From NCBI RefSeq assembly GCF_009914755.1, contig NC_060948.1: DNA of 64,000 bases. One strand, written 5' to 3'. Below the pieces are notes generated by a model. That model saw only the letters and a list, made by a program, of their open reading frames with translations. It was not told the DNA's origin and did not search any database. The DNA comes from the human T2T-CHM13v2.0 reference genome, Homo sapiens. Both the position numbers and the translations under genes were made by a program. This document shows, piece after piece, positions 13,601 through 28,500 of this stretch (positions are counted from its first letter, which is position 1; every line of letters begins with the position of its first letter).

Positions 13601-14256
13601 GGACTGGAAAGGAATGGACTCAAATTGAAAGGGCTCGAAAGGAATGGAGTCAAATGGAATGGTCTGGAATGGAATGAACACGAATGTAATGCAATCCAAT
13701 AGAATGGAATCGAATGGCATGCAATATAAAGAAATGGAATCGAAGAGAATGGAAACAAATGGAATGGAATTGAATGGAATGGAATTGAATGGAATGGGAA
13801 CGAATGGAGTGAAATTGTATGCAGTAGAAGGGAATAGAATGGAATGCAAGCGAAAGGAAAGGAATGGATTGGAATGGAATGGAATTCATTGGAATGGAAG
13901 GGAATGTAGTGTAATGGACAGGCCTGGAATAAAGTGGAATGCTACGGTCTCGAATGGAATAAAAATTTATGGAATGGAATGCAATGAAACGGAATCGAAT
14001 GTCATAGAATGTAATGGAATGCAAAAAAATGGAATCCAAAATCATTGACTGGAAAGGCTGGGTGTCGAAAGGAATTGACTCCAATGGAATGGAATCGAAT
14101 GGAATGGAAGTGAATAGAATCGAACTAAATCGAATGGAATGGAATTGATAGGAACGGAATGGAAAGGAATGCAATGATTTGGCATGGAATGGAATCGAAT
14201 GGCATCGAATGGAATGGAATGGAATGCAATGGAATGGAATGTATTAGAATGTAATG
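10693..14256 (+). repeat. Unit U4 (3564 bp), type B
   Basis: Anchor at 10693. Markers GAGTGATATGG, GAGTGGCATC, GATGTGAAAG, GCAAAGAAAT, CAAATTAAAT. Confidence 0.93.
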
Positions 14257-17200
14257 AACTTTAATGGAATGTACTCGAATGGATTCGACTGGAATGGAAT
14301 GTTCTGGAAGTGAATGGACTCCAATGGAATGGATTCAAAAGGAATGGAATCGTACGGAATGGAATCTAATGGAATGGAATTAAATGGAAATGAATCAAAT
14401 TGAATAGCACGGAATTGAATTGAATGGAATGGAATGCAATGGAATCTAATGAAACGGAAAGGAAAGGAATGGAATGGAATGGAATGGACTGGAATGGAAA
14501 GGAATCGAAACGAATGGAATGGAATCGAACTGAAGAGACTGGAATGGAATGCACTGGAATGGAAGGGAGTGTAATGGAAGGTTCTCGAAAAAAATGGAAT
14601 CGAATGGAATGGAATTGAATGGAACGGAATAGAGTCGAATGGAATTGAATGGAATGGAATGGACTAGAGTGAAATGGAATCGAACCACAAGGAATGGACA
14701 TGAATAGAATGGTCTCGAATTGAATGGAATCGTATGGAATGGCATCAAACGGAATGGAATGGACAGCCACGGAATGGAATGCACTCGAATGCAATGGAGT
14801 CGAAACTAATGGACTGGAATAGAATGGACTCGACTGGTACGGACTCCAATGGAATGGAATCGAATGGAAGGGAATCGAACGGAATGGACTCGAAGGGAAA
14901 AGACTGCAATGGAAAGGTCTCGAATGGAATGGAAATTAATGGAATGGAATGGAATCGAATGAAATGGAGTCAAAAGGAATGGAATCGAATGGCAAGAAAT
15001 CGAATGTAATGGAATCACAAGGAATTGATGTGAACGGAACGGAATGGAATGGAATCCAAAGGAATGGAATAGAATGGAATGGAATCGAATGGAAAGGACT
15101 CGAATGGAAATCACTCGAATAGAATGCAATTTAATAAAATAGGATCAAATGTAATGGAATGGAATGAAAAGGAATCGAAACGAAAGGAATGGAGACAGAT
15201 GGAATGGAATGGAACAGAGAGCAATGGTATAGAATGGAATGGAATCATCTGGAATGGAATTGAATGGAATGGAATAATATGAAATGGAATGGAATGGAAT
15301 GGAATGGAATGCCCTTGAATTAAATGGACTGGAATGGAATGGACTCGAACAGAGTGGAATGGAAAGTGTTGAGATAGAATGGAATGGACTCCTTTGGAAT
15401 GGTGTAGTATGCAATGCAATCGACTGGCAGGGAATCAAAAGGAATGTAATCGAATGGATTGGACTGGAATGCAATGGACTCGAATAGATTGGAAACGGAA
15501 TGCAAAGGAATGGAATGGAATAGTATGGAATGGAATGGAAAGGAATGGAGTGGAATAGACTAGAGTGGAATGGAATGGACTGGAAAGCAATGGACTGGAA
15601 TGGAACTTTCTTGAATGGACTAGAATCAAACGGAATGGAATGCAATGCAATCAAATGGCATGGAATAAAATAGAATGAAAGAGAATCAAATGGAATTGAA
15701 TCGAATGGAATCGAATGGATTGGAAAGGAATAGAATGGAATGGAATGGAATTGACTCAAATGGAATGGACTAGAATGGAATGGATTCGAATGGAAGGCAA
15801 AGGAATGGAATCTATTGGAATGGACTGTAATGGAATGGAATGGAAGGGATTGGAATGGACTCGAATAGAATGGACTGCAATAGAAAGGATTCGAATGGAA
15901 TGAAAAAGAATTGAATGGAATAGAACAGAATGGAATCAAATCGAATGAAATGGAATGGAATAGAAAGGAATGGAATGAAATGGAATGGAAAGGATTCGAA
16001 TGGAATGCAATCGAATGGAATGGAATCGAACGGAATGGAATAAAATGGAAGAAAACTGGCAAGAAATGGAATCGAAATGAATGGAGTGTTATGGAACGGA
16101 CTCAAAAGGAATTGAATGTAATAGAATGGAGTGGAGTGGACTCGAATATAATGGACTGGAATGGAATGAAATCACATGGAATGGGAACGAATGGAATGGA
16201 ATGGAAAGGAATGGAATCGAATGGAAAGGAATCGAATGGAAGGGAATGAAATTGAATCAACAGGAATGGAAGGGAGTAGAATAGACGGTAATGGAATGGA
16301 CTCGAATAGAATGGACACGAATGCTCAAATTGAATGGACTCGAATGGAATGGAAACGAAAGAATGTCATCGAGTGGAATTGAATCGATTGGAATGAAATC
16401 GCACAGAATGGAGTGGAATCAAATGGAATTGAATCGAAAGGAAAGGAAGCGAATGGACTGAAATGAAATGGAATGGAATTGAATGGAAAGTAATGCAATG
16501 GAATAGAATGGAACGAAATTTCACGGAATGGAATCAAACTGAATGGAATCAAATCAATGGAATCAAATCAAATGGAATGGAAAGGAATTGAATGGAGTAG
16601 ATTGGATTGGATGGGATTGGAATGAAATGTACTGGAAAGGACTCGAATTTCATGAAACGGAATGGAATGAATTGGAACGGAATGGACTCGAATGGAATGG
16701 AATGTCATGGAATGGCATCAAATGGAATGGTATCAAATGGAATGGAATCGAATGCAATGGAATGCTATGGAATGGAATGGAATGCATTGGAATGGAATGT
16801 CCTCTAATGGAATGGATTCGAGTGGAATGGAATCGAATATAATGGAGTCGAATGAAATGGAATTGAAAGGAATGGGATCGAATAGAATGGAATATACTGG
16901 AATGTAATGTAATGAACTCGAATGTAATTGACTGGAATGGAATGTACATGAATGGAATGTAATCGAATGGAAAGTAATCCAATGGAATAGAATCTAATGC
17001 AATAAAATCGACTCAGATAGAGTAGAATGTAATGGAATGGAGTGCAGTGCAATGGAATGGAATGGAATGGAATGCAATGGAATGGAATGGAATGGAATGG
17101 AATGGAATGGGATGGGATGGAATGGTATGGAATGGATAGTAATGGACTGGAGTGAAATGGACTGGAAAGGAATGGACTCAAATTGAAAGGGCTCGAAAGG

Positions 17201-17813
17201 AATGGAGTCAAATGGAATGGTCTGGAATGGAATGAACACGAATGTAATGCAATCCAATAGAATGGAATCGAATGGCATGGAATATAAAGAAATGGAATCG
17301 GAGAGAATGGAAACAAATGGAATGGAATTGAATGGAATGGAATTGAATGGAATGGGAACGAATGGAGTGAAATTGTATGCAGTAGAAGGGAATAGAATGG
17401 AATGCAAGCGAAAGGAAAGGAATGGATTGGAATGGAATGGAATTCATTGGAATGGAAGGGAATGTAGTGTAATGGACAGGCCTGGAATAAAGTGGAATGC
17501 TACGGTCTCGAATGGAATAAAAATGTATGGAATGGAATGCAATGAAATGGAATTGAATGTCATAGAATGTAATGGAATGCAAAAAATGGAATCCAAAATC
17601 ATTGACTGGAAAGGCTGGGTGTCGAAAGGAATTGACTCCAATGGAATGGAATCGAATGGAATGGAAGTGAATAGAATCGAACTAAATCGAATGGAATGGA
17701 ATTGATAGGAACGGAATGGAAAGGAATGCAATGATTTGGCATGGAATGGAATCGAATGGCATCGAATGGAATGGAATGGAATGCAATGGAATGGAATGTA
17801 TTAGAATGTAATG
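14257..17813 (+). repeat. Unit U5 (3557 bp), type C
   Basis: Anchor at 14257. 1-bp deletions at ~16361 and in the A-run 17581-17586. Confidence 0.93.
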
Positions 17814-20800
17814 AACTTTAATGGAATGTACTCGAATGGATTCGACTGGAATGGAATGTTCTGGAAGTGAATGGACTCCAATGGAATGGATTCCAAAGGA
17901 ATGGAATCGTACGGAATGGAATCTAATGGAATGGAATTAAATGGAAATGAATCAAATTGAATAGCACGGAATTGAATTGAATGGAATGGAATGCAATGGA
18001 ATCTAATGAAACGGAAAGGAAAGGAATGGAATGGAATGGAATGGGCTGGAATGGAAAGGAATCGAAACGAATGGAATGGAATCGAACTGAAGAGACTGGA
18101 ATGGAATGCACTGGAATGGAAGGGAGTGTAATGGAAGGTTCTCGAAAAAAATGGAATCGAATGGAATGGAATTGAATGGAACGGAATAGAGTCGAATGGA
18201 ATTGAATGGAATGGAATGGACTAGAGTGAAATGGAATCGAACCACAAGGAATGGACAGGAATAGAATGGTCTCGAATTGAATGGAATCGTATGGAATGGC
18301 ATCAAACGGAATGGAATGGACAGCCACGGAATGGAATGCACTCGAATGCAATGGAGTCGAAACTAATGGACTGGAATAGAATGGACTCGACTGGTACGGA
18401 CTCCAATGGAATGGAATCGAATGGAAGGGAATCGAACGGAATGGACTCGAAGGGAAAAGACTGCAATGGAAAGGTCTCGAATGGAATGGAAATTAATGGA
18501 ATGGAATGGAATCGAATGAAATGGAGTCAAAAGGAATGGAATCGAATGGCAAGAAATCGAATGTAATGGAATCGCAAGGAATTGATGTGAACGGAACGGA
18601 ATGGAATGGAATCCAAAGGAATGGAATAGAATGGAATGGAATCGAATGGAAAGGACTCGAATGGAAATCACTCGAATAGAATGCAATTTAATAAAATAGG
18701 ATCAAATGTAATGGAATAGAATGGAAAGGAATCGAAACGAAAGGAATGGAGACAGATGGAATGGAATAGAACAGAGAGCAATGGTATAGAATGGAATGGA
18801 ATCATCTGGAATGGAATTGAATGGAATGGAATAATATGAAATGGAATGGAATGGAATGGAATGGAATGTCCTTGAATTAAATGGACTGGAATGGAATGGA
18901 CTCGAACAGAGTGGAATGGAAAGTGTTGAGATAGAATGGAATGGACTCCTTTGGAATGGTGTAGTATGCAATGCAATCGACTGGCAGGGAATCAAAAGGA
19001 ATGTAATCGAATGGATTGGACTGGAATGCAATGGACTCGAATAGATTGCAAACGGAATGCAAAGGAATGGAATGGAATAGTATGGAATGGAATGGAAAGG
19101 AATGGAGTGGAATAGACTAGAGTGGAATGGAATGGACTGGAAAGCAATGGACTGGAATGGAACTTTCTTGAATGGACTGGAATCAAACGGAATGGAATGC
19201 AATGCAATCAAATGGCATGGAATAAAATAGAATGAAAGAGAATCAAATGGAATTGAATCGAATGGAATCGAATGGATTGGAAAGGAATAGAATGGAATGG
19301 AATGGAATGGACTCAAATGGAATGGACTAGAATGGAATGGATTCGAATGGAAGGCAAAGAATGGAATCTATTGGAATGGACTGTAATGGAATGGAATGGA
19401 AGGGATTGGAATGGACTCGAATGGAATGGACTGCAATAGAAAGGATTCGAATGGAATGAAAAAGAATTGAATGGAATAGAACAGAATGGAATCAAATCGA
19501 ATGAAATGGAATGGAATAGAAAGGAATGGAATGAAATGGAATGGAAAGGATTCGAATGGAATGCAATCGAATGGAATGGAATCGAACGGAATGGAATAAA
19601 ATGGAAGAAAACTGGCAAGAAATGGAGTCGAAATGAATGGAGTGTTATGGAACGGACTCAAAAGGAATTGAATGTAATAGAATGGAGTGGAGTGGACTCG
19701 AATATAATGGACTGGAATGGAATGAAATCACATGGAATGGGAACGAATGGAATGGAATGGAAAGGAATGGAATCGAATGGAAAGGAATCGAATGGAAGGG
19801 AATGAAATTGAATCAACAGGAATGGAAGGGAATAGAATAGACGGTAATGGAATGGACTCGAATAGAATGGACACGAATGCTCAAATTGAATGGACTCGAA
19901 TGGAATGGAAACGAAAGGAATGTCATCGAATGGAATTGAATCGATTGGAATGAAATCGCACAGAATGGAGTGGAATCAAATGGAATTGAATCGAAAGGAA
20001 AGGAAGCGAATGGACTGAAATGAAATGGAATGGAATTGAATGGAAAGTAATGCAATGGAATAGAATGGAACGAAATTTCACGGAATGGAATCAAACTGAA
20101 TGGAATCAAATCAATGGAATCAAATCAAATGGAATGGAAAGGAATTGAATGGAGTAGATTGGATTGGATGGGATTGGAATGAAATGTACTGGAAAGGACT
20201 CGAATTTCATGAAACGGAATGGAATGAATTGGAACGGAATGGACTCGAATGGAATGGAATGTCATGGAATGGCATCAAATGGAATGGTATCAAATGGAAT
20301 GGAATCGAATGCAATGGAATGCTATGGAATGGAATGGAATGCATTGGAATGGAATGTCCTCTAATGGAATGGATTCGAGTGGAATGGAATCGAATATAAT
20401 GGAGTCGAATGAAATGGAATTGAAAGGAATGGGATCGAATAGAATGGAATATACTGGAATGTAATGTAATGAACTCGAATGTAATTGACTGGAATGGAAT
20501 GTACATGAATGGAATGTAATCGAATGGAAAGTAATCCAATGGAATAGAATCTAATGCAATAAAATCGACTCAGATAGAGTAGAATGTAATGGAATGGAGT
20601 GCAGTGCAATGGAATGGAATGGAATGGAATGCAATGGAATGGAATGGAATGGAATGGAATGGAATGGGATGGGATGGAATGGTATGGAATGGATAGTAAT
20701 GGACTGGAGTGAAATGGACTGGAAAGGAATGGACTCAAATTGAAAGGGCTCGAAAGGAATGGAGTCAAATGGAATGGTCTGGAATGGAATGAACACGAAT

Positions 20801-21370
20801 GTAATGCAATCCAATAGAATGGAATCGAATGGCATGGAATATAAAGAAATGGAATCGGAGAGAATGGAAACAAATGGAATGGAATTGAATGGAATGGAAT
20901 TGAATGGAATGGGAACGAATGGAGTGAAATTGTATGCAGTAGAAGGGAATAGAATGGAATGCAAGCGAAAGGAAAGGAATGCATTGGAATGGAATGGAAT
21001 TCATTGGAATGGAAGGGAATGTAGTGTAATGGACAGGCCTGGAATAAAGTGGAATGCTACGGTCTCGAATGGAATAAAAATGTATGGAATGGAATGCAAT
21101 GAAATGGAATCGAATGTCATAGAATGTAATGGAATGCAAAAAATGGAATCCAAAATCATTGACTGGAAAGGCTGGGTGTCGAAAGGAATTGACTCCAATG
21201 GAATGGAATCGAATGGAATGGAAGTGAATAGAATCGAACTAAATCGAATGGAATGGAATTGATAGGAACGGAATGGAAAGGAATGCAATGATTTGGCATG
21301 GAATGGAATCGAATGGCATCGAATGGAATGGAATGGAATGCAATGGAATGGAATGTATTAGAATGTAATG
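17814..21370 (+). repeat. Unit U6 (3557 bp), A-left/C-right chimera
   Basis: Anchor at 17814. Deletion at ~19359 is A-like; GGTATC at 20288 and the A6 run at 21138-21143 are C-like. Confidence 0.9.
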
Positions 21371-24300
21371 AACTTTAATGGAATGTACTCGAATGGATTC
21401 GACTGGAATGGAATGTTCTGGAAGTGAATGGACTCCAATGGAATGGATTCCAAAGGAATGGAATCGTACGGAATGGAATCTAATGGAATGGAATTAAATG
21501 GAAATGAATCAAATTGAATAGCACGGAATTGAATTGAATGGAATGGAATGCAATGGAATCTAATGAAACGGAAAGGAAAGGAATGGAATGGAATGGAATG
21601 GGCTGGAATGGAAAGGAATCGAAACGAATGGAATGGAATCGAACTGAAGAGACTGGAATGGAATGCACTGGAATGGAAGGGAGTGTAATGGAAGGTTCTC
21701 GAAAAAAATGGAATCGAATGGAATGGAATTGAATGGAACGGAATAGAGTCGAATGGAATTGAATGGAATGGAATGGACTAGAGTGAAATGGAATCGAACC
21801 ACAAGGAATGGACAGGAATAGAATGGTCTCGAATTGAATGGAATCGTATGGAATGGCATCAAACGGAATGGAATGGACAGCCACGGAATGGAATGCACTC
21901 GAATGCAATGGAGTCGAAACTAATGGACTGGAATAGAATGGACTCGACTGGTACGGACTCCAATGGAATGGAATCGAATGGAAGGGAATCGAACGGAATG
22001 GACTCGAAGGGAAAAGACTGCAATGGAAAGGTCTCGAATGGAATGGAAATTAATGGAATGGAATGGAATCGAATGAAATGGAGTCAAAAGGAATGGAATC
22101 GAATGGCAAGAAATCGAATGTAATGGAATCGCAAGGAATTGATGTGAACGGAACGGAATGGAATGGAATCCAAAGGAATGGAATAGAATGGAATGGAATC
22201 GAATGGAAAGGACTCGAATGGAAATCACTCGAATAGAATGCAATTTAATAAAATAGGATCAAATGTAATGGAATAGAATGGAAAGGAATCGAAACGAAAG
22301 GAATGGAGACAGATGGAATGGAATAGAACAGAGAGCAATGGTATAGAATGGAATGGAATCATCTGGAATGGAATTGAATGGAATGGAATAATATGAAATG
22401 GAATGGAATAGAATGGAATGGAATGTCCTTGAATTAAATGGACTGGAATGGAATGGACTCGAACAGAGTGGAATGGAAAGTGTTGAGATAGAATGGAATA
22501 GACTCCTTTGGAATGGTGTAGTATGCAATGCAATCGACTGGCAGGGAATCAAAAGGAATGTAATCGAATGGATTGGACTGGAATGCAATGGACTCGAATA
22601 GATTGCAAACGGAATGCAAAGGAATGGAATGGAATAGTATGGAATGGAATGGAAAGGAATGGAGTGGAATAGACTAGAGTGGAATGGAATGGACTGGAAA
22701 GCAATGGACTGGAATGGAACTTTCTTGAATGGACTGGAATCAAACGGAATGGAATGCAATGCAATCAAATGGCATGGAATAAAATAGAATGAAAGAGAAT
22801 CAAATGGAATTGAATCGAATGGAATCGAATGGATTGGAAAGGAATAGAATGGAATGGAATGGAATGGACTCAAATGGAATGGACTAGAATGGAATGGATT
22901 CGAATGGAAGGCAAAGAATGGAATCTATTGGAATGGACTGTAATGGAATGGAATGGAAGGGATTGGAATGGACTCGAATGGAATGGACTGCAATAGAAAG
23001 GATTCGAATGGAATGAAAAAGAATTGAATGGAATAGAACAGAATGGAATCAAATCGAATGAAATGGAATGGAATAGAAAGGAATGGAATGAAATGGAATG
23101 GAAAGGATTCGAATGGAATGCAATCGAATGGAATGGAATCGAACGGAATGGAATAAAATGGAAGAAAACTGGCAAGAAATGGAGTCGAAATGAATGGAGT
23201 GTTATGGAACGGACTCAAAAGGAATTGAATGTAATAGAATGGAGTGGAGTGGACTCGAATATAATGGACTGGAATGGAATGAAATCACATGGAATGGGAA
23301 CGAATGGAATGGAATGGAAAGGAATGGAATCGAATGGAAAGGAATCGAATGGAAGGGAATGAAATTGAATCAACAGGAATGGAAGGGAATAGAATAGACG
23401 GTAATGGAATGGACTCGAATAGAATGGACACGAATGCTCAAATTGAATGGACTCGAATGGAATGGAAACGAAAGGAATGTCATCGAATGGAATTGAATCG
23501 ATTGGAATGAAATCGCACAGAATGGAGTGGAATCAAATGGAATTGAATCGAAAGGAAAGGAAGCGAATGGACTGAAATGAAATGGAATGGAATTGAATGG
23601 AAAGTAATGCAATGGAATAGAATGGAACGAAATTTCACGGAATGGAATCAAACTGAATGGAATCAAATCAATGGAATCAAATCAAATGGAATGGAAAGGA
23701 ATTGAATGGAGTAGATTGGATTGGATGGGATTGGAATGAAATGTACTGGAAAGGACTCGAATTTCATGAAACGGAATGGAATGAATTGGAACGGAATGGA
23801 CTCGAATGGAATGGAATGTCATGGAATGGCATCAAATGGAATGGTATCAAATGGAATGGAATCGAATGCAATGGAATGCTATGGAATGGAATGGAATGCA
23901 TTGGAATGGAATGTCCTCTAATGGAATGGATTCGAGTGGAATGGAATCGAATATAATGGAGTCGAATGAAATGGAATTGAAAGGAATGGGATCGAATAGA
24001 ATGGAATATACTGGAATGTAATGTAATGAACTCGAATGTAATTGACTGGAATGGAATGTACATGAATGGAATGTAATCGAATGGAAAGTAATCCAATGGA
24101 ATAGAATCTAATGCAATAAAATCGACTCAGATAGAGTAGAATGTAATGGAATGGAGTGCAGTGCAATGGAATGGAATGGAATGGAATGCAATGGAATGGA
24201 ATGGAATGGAATGGAATGGAATGGGATGGGATGGAATGGTATGGAATGGATAGTAATGGACTGGAGTGAAATGGACTGGAAAGGAATGGACTCAAATTGA

Positions 24301-24927
24301 AAGGGCTCGAAAGGAATGGAGTCAAATGGAATGGTCTGGAATGGAATGAACACGAATGTAATGCAATCCAATAGAATGGAATCGAATGGCATGGAATATA
24401 AAGAAATGGAATCGGAGAGAATGGAAACAAATGGAATGGAATTGAATGGAATGGAATTGAATGGAATGGGAACGAATGGAGTGAAATTGTATGCAGTAGA
24501 AGGGAATAGAATGGAATGCAAGCGAAAGGAAAGGAATGGATTGGAATGGAATGGAATTCATTGGAATGGAAGGGAATGTAGTGTAATGGACAGGCCTGGA
24601 ATAAAGTGGAATGCTACGGTCTCGAATGGAATAAAAATGTATGGAATGGAATGCAATGAAATGGAATCGAATGTCATAGAATGTAATGGAATGCAAAAAA
24701 TGGAATCCAAAATCATTGACTGGAAAGGCTGGGTGTCGAAAGGAATTGACTCCAATGGAATGGAATCGAATGGAATGGAAGTGAATAGAATCGAACTAAA
24801 TCGAATGGAATGGAATTGATAGGAACGGAATGGAAAGGAATGCAATGATTTGGCATGGAATGGAATCGAATGGCATCGAATGGAATGGAATGGAATGCAA
24901 TGGAATGGAATGTATTAGAATGTAATG
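21371..24927 (+). repeat. Unit U7 (3557 bp), A-left/C-right chimera
   Basis: Anchor at 21371. Nearly identical to U6. Confidence 0.9.
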
Positions 24928-27900
24928 AACTTTAATGGAATGTACTCGAATGGATTCGACTGGAATGGAATGTTCTGGAAGTGAATGGACTCCAATGGAA
25001 TGGATTCCAAAGGAATGGAATCGTACGGAATGGAATCTAATGGAATGGAATTAAATGGAAATGAATCAAATTGAATAGCACGGAATTGAATTGAATGGAA
25101 TGGAATGCAATGGAATCTAATGAAACGGAAAGGAAAGGAATGGAATGGAATGGAATGGGCTGGAATGGAAAGGAATCGAAACGAATGGAATGGAATCGAA
25201 CTGAAGAGACTGGAATGGAATGCACTGGAATGGAAGGGAGTGTAATGGAAGGTTCTCGAAAAAAATGGAATCGAATGGAATGGAATTGAATGGAACGGAA
25301 TAGAGTCGAATGGAATTGAATGGAATGGAATGGACTAGAGTGAAATGGAATCGAACCACAAGGAATGGACAGGAATAGAATGGTCTCGAATTGAATGGAA
25401 TCGTATGGAATGGCATCAAACGGAATGGAATGGACAGCCACGGAATGGAATGCACTCGAATGCAATGGAGTCGAAACTAATGGACTGGAATAGAATGGAC
25501 TCGACTGGTACGGACTCCAATGGAATGGAATCGAATGGAAGGGAATCGAACGGAATGGACTCGAAGGGAAAAGACTGCAATGGAAAGGTCTCGAATGGAA
25601 TGGAAATTAATGGAATGGAATGGAATCGAATGAAATGGAGTCAAAAGGAATGGAATCGAATGGCAAGAAATCGAATGTAATGGAATCGCAAGGAATTGAT
25701 GTGAACGGAACGGAATGGAATGGAATCCAAAGGAATGGAATAGAATGGAATGGAATCGAATGGAAAGGACTCGAATGGAAATCACTCGAATAGAATGCAA
25801 TTTAATAAAATAGGATCAAATGTAATGGAATAGAATGGAAAGGAATCGAAACGAAAGGAATGGAGACAGATGGAATGGAATAGAACAGAGAGCAATGGTA
25901 TAGAATGGAATGGAATCATCTGGAATGGAATTGAATGGAATGGAATAATATGAAATGGAATGGAATAGAATGGAATGGAATGTCCTTGAATTAAATGGAC
26001 TGGAATGGAATGGACTCGAACAGAGTGGAATGGAAAGTGTTGAGATAGAATGGAATGGACTCCTTTGGAATGGTGTAGTATGCAATGCAATCGACTGGCA
26101 GGGAATCAAAAGGAATGTAATCGAATGGATTGGACTGGAATGCAATGGACTCGAATAGATTGCAAACGGAATGCAAAGGAATGGAATGGAATAGTATGGA
26201 ATGGAATGGAAAGGAATGGAGTGGAATAGACTAGAGTGGAATGGAATGGACTGGAAAGCAATGGACTGGAATGGAACTTTCTTGAATGGACTGGAATCAA
26301 ACGGAATGGAATGCAATGCAATCAAATGGCATGGAATAAAATAGAATGAAAGAGAATCAAATGGAATTGAATCGAATGGAATCGAATGGATTGGAAAGGA
26401 ATAGAATGGAATGGAATGGAATGGACTCAAATGGAATGGACTAGAATGGAATGGATTCGAATGGAAGGCAAAGAATGGAATCTATTGGAATGGACTGTAA
26501 TGGAATGGAATGGAAGGGATTGGAATGGACTCGAATGGAATGGACTGCAATAGAAAGGATTCGAATGGAATGAAAAAGAATTGAATGGAATAGAACAGAA
26601 TGGAATCAAATCGAATGAAATGGAATGGAATAGAAAGGAATGGAATGAAATGGAATGGAAAGGATTCGAATGGAATGCAATCGAATGGAATGGAATCGAA
26701 CGGAATGGAATAAAATGGAAGAAATCTGGCAAGAAATGGAGTCGAAATGAATGGAGTGTTATGGAACGGACTCAAAAGGAATTGAATGTAATAGAATGGA
26801 GTGGAGTGGACTCGAATATAATGGACTGGAATGGAATGAAATCACATGGAATGGGAACGAATGGAATGGAATGGAAAGGAATGGAATCGAATGGAAAGGA
26901 ATCGAATGGAAGGGAATGAAATTGAATCAACAGGAATGGAAGGGAATAGAATAGACGGTAATGGAATGGACTCGAATAGAATGGACACGAATGCTCAAAT
27001 TGAATGGACTCGAATGGAATGGAAACGAAAGGAATGTCATCGAATGGAATTGAATCGATTGGAATGAAATCGCACAGAATGGAGTGGAATCAAATGGAAT
27101 TGAATCGAAAGGAAAGGAAGCGAATGGACTGAAATGAAATGGAATGGAATTGAATGGAAAGTAATGCAATGGAATAGAATGGAACGAAATTTCACGGAAT
27201 GGAATCAAACTGAATGGAATCAAATCAATGGAATCAAATCAAATGGAATGGAAAGGAATTGAATGGAGTAGATTGGATTGGATGGGATTGGAATGAAATG
27301 TACTGAAAAGGACTCGAATTTCATGAAACGGAATGGAATGAATTGGAACGGAATGGACTCGAATGGAATGGAATGTCATGGAATGGCATCAAATGGAATG
27401 GCATCAAATGGAATGGAATCGAATGCAATGGAATGCTATGGAATGGAATGGAATGCATTGGAATGGAATGTCCTCTAATGGAATGGATTCGAGTGGAATG
27501 GAATCGAATATAATGGAGTCGAATGAAATGGAATTGAAAGGAATGGGATCGAATACAATGGAATATACTGGAATGTAATGTAATGAACTCGAATGTAATT
27601 GACTGGAATGGAATGTACATGAATGGAATGTAATCGAATGGAAAGTAATCCAATGGAATAGAATCTAATGCAATAAAATCGACTCAGATAGAGTAGAATG
27701 TAATGGAATGGAGTGCAGTGCAATGGAATGGAATGGAATGGAATGCAATTGAATGGAATGGAATGGAATGGAATGGAATGGAATGGAATGGAATGGAATG
27801 GGATGGAATGGTATGGAATGGATAGTAATGGACTGGAGTGAAATGGACTGGAAAGGAATGGACTCAAATTGAAAGGGCTCGAAAGGAATGGAGTCAAATG

Positions 27901-28500
27901 GAATGGTCTGGAATGGAATGAACACGAATGTAATGCAATCCAATAGAATGGAATCGAATGGCATGGAATATAAAGAAATGGAATCGGAGAGAATGGAAAC
28001 AAATGGAATGGAATTGAATGGAATGGAATTGAATGGAATGGGAACGAATGGAGTGAAATTGTATGCAGTAGAAGGGAATAGAATGGAATGCAAGCGAAAG
28101 GAAAGGAATGGATTGGAATGGAATGGAATTCATTGGAATGGAAGGGAATGTAGTGTAATGGACAGGCCTGGAATAAAGTGGAATGCTACGGTCTCGAATG
28201 GAATAAAAATGTATGGAATGGAATGCAATGAAATGGAATCGAATGTCATAGAATGTAATGGAATGCAACAAAATGGAATCCAAAATCATTGACTGGAAAG
28301 GCTGGGTGTCGAAAGGAATTGACTCCAATGGAATGGAATCGAATGGAATGGAAGTGAATAGAATCGAACTAAATCGAATGGAATGGAATTGATAGGAACG
28401 GAATGGAAAGGAATGCAATGATTTGGCATGGAATGGAATCGAATGGCATCGAATGGAATGGAATGGAATGCAATGGAATGGAATGTATTAGAATGTAATG
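24928..28500 (+). repeat. Unit U8 (3573 bp), type A
   Basis: Anchor at 24928. Deletion at ~26473; TACTGAAAAGG at ~27301 shared only with U3. Confidence 0.9.

Noticed and set aside
16400-27070. Assembly artefact as the cause of the near-identical 3557-bp copies
   Set aside because: The copies carry private and nested differences (~17555, ~20982, ~22410/~25967, ~22500, ~26725). An artefact is disfavoured but not excluded without reads.
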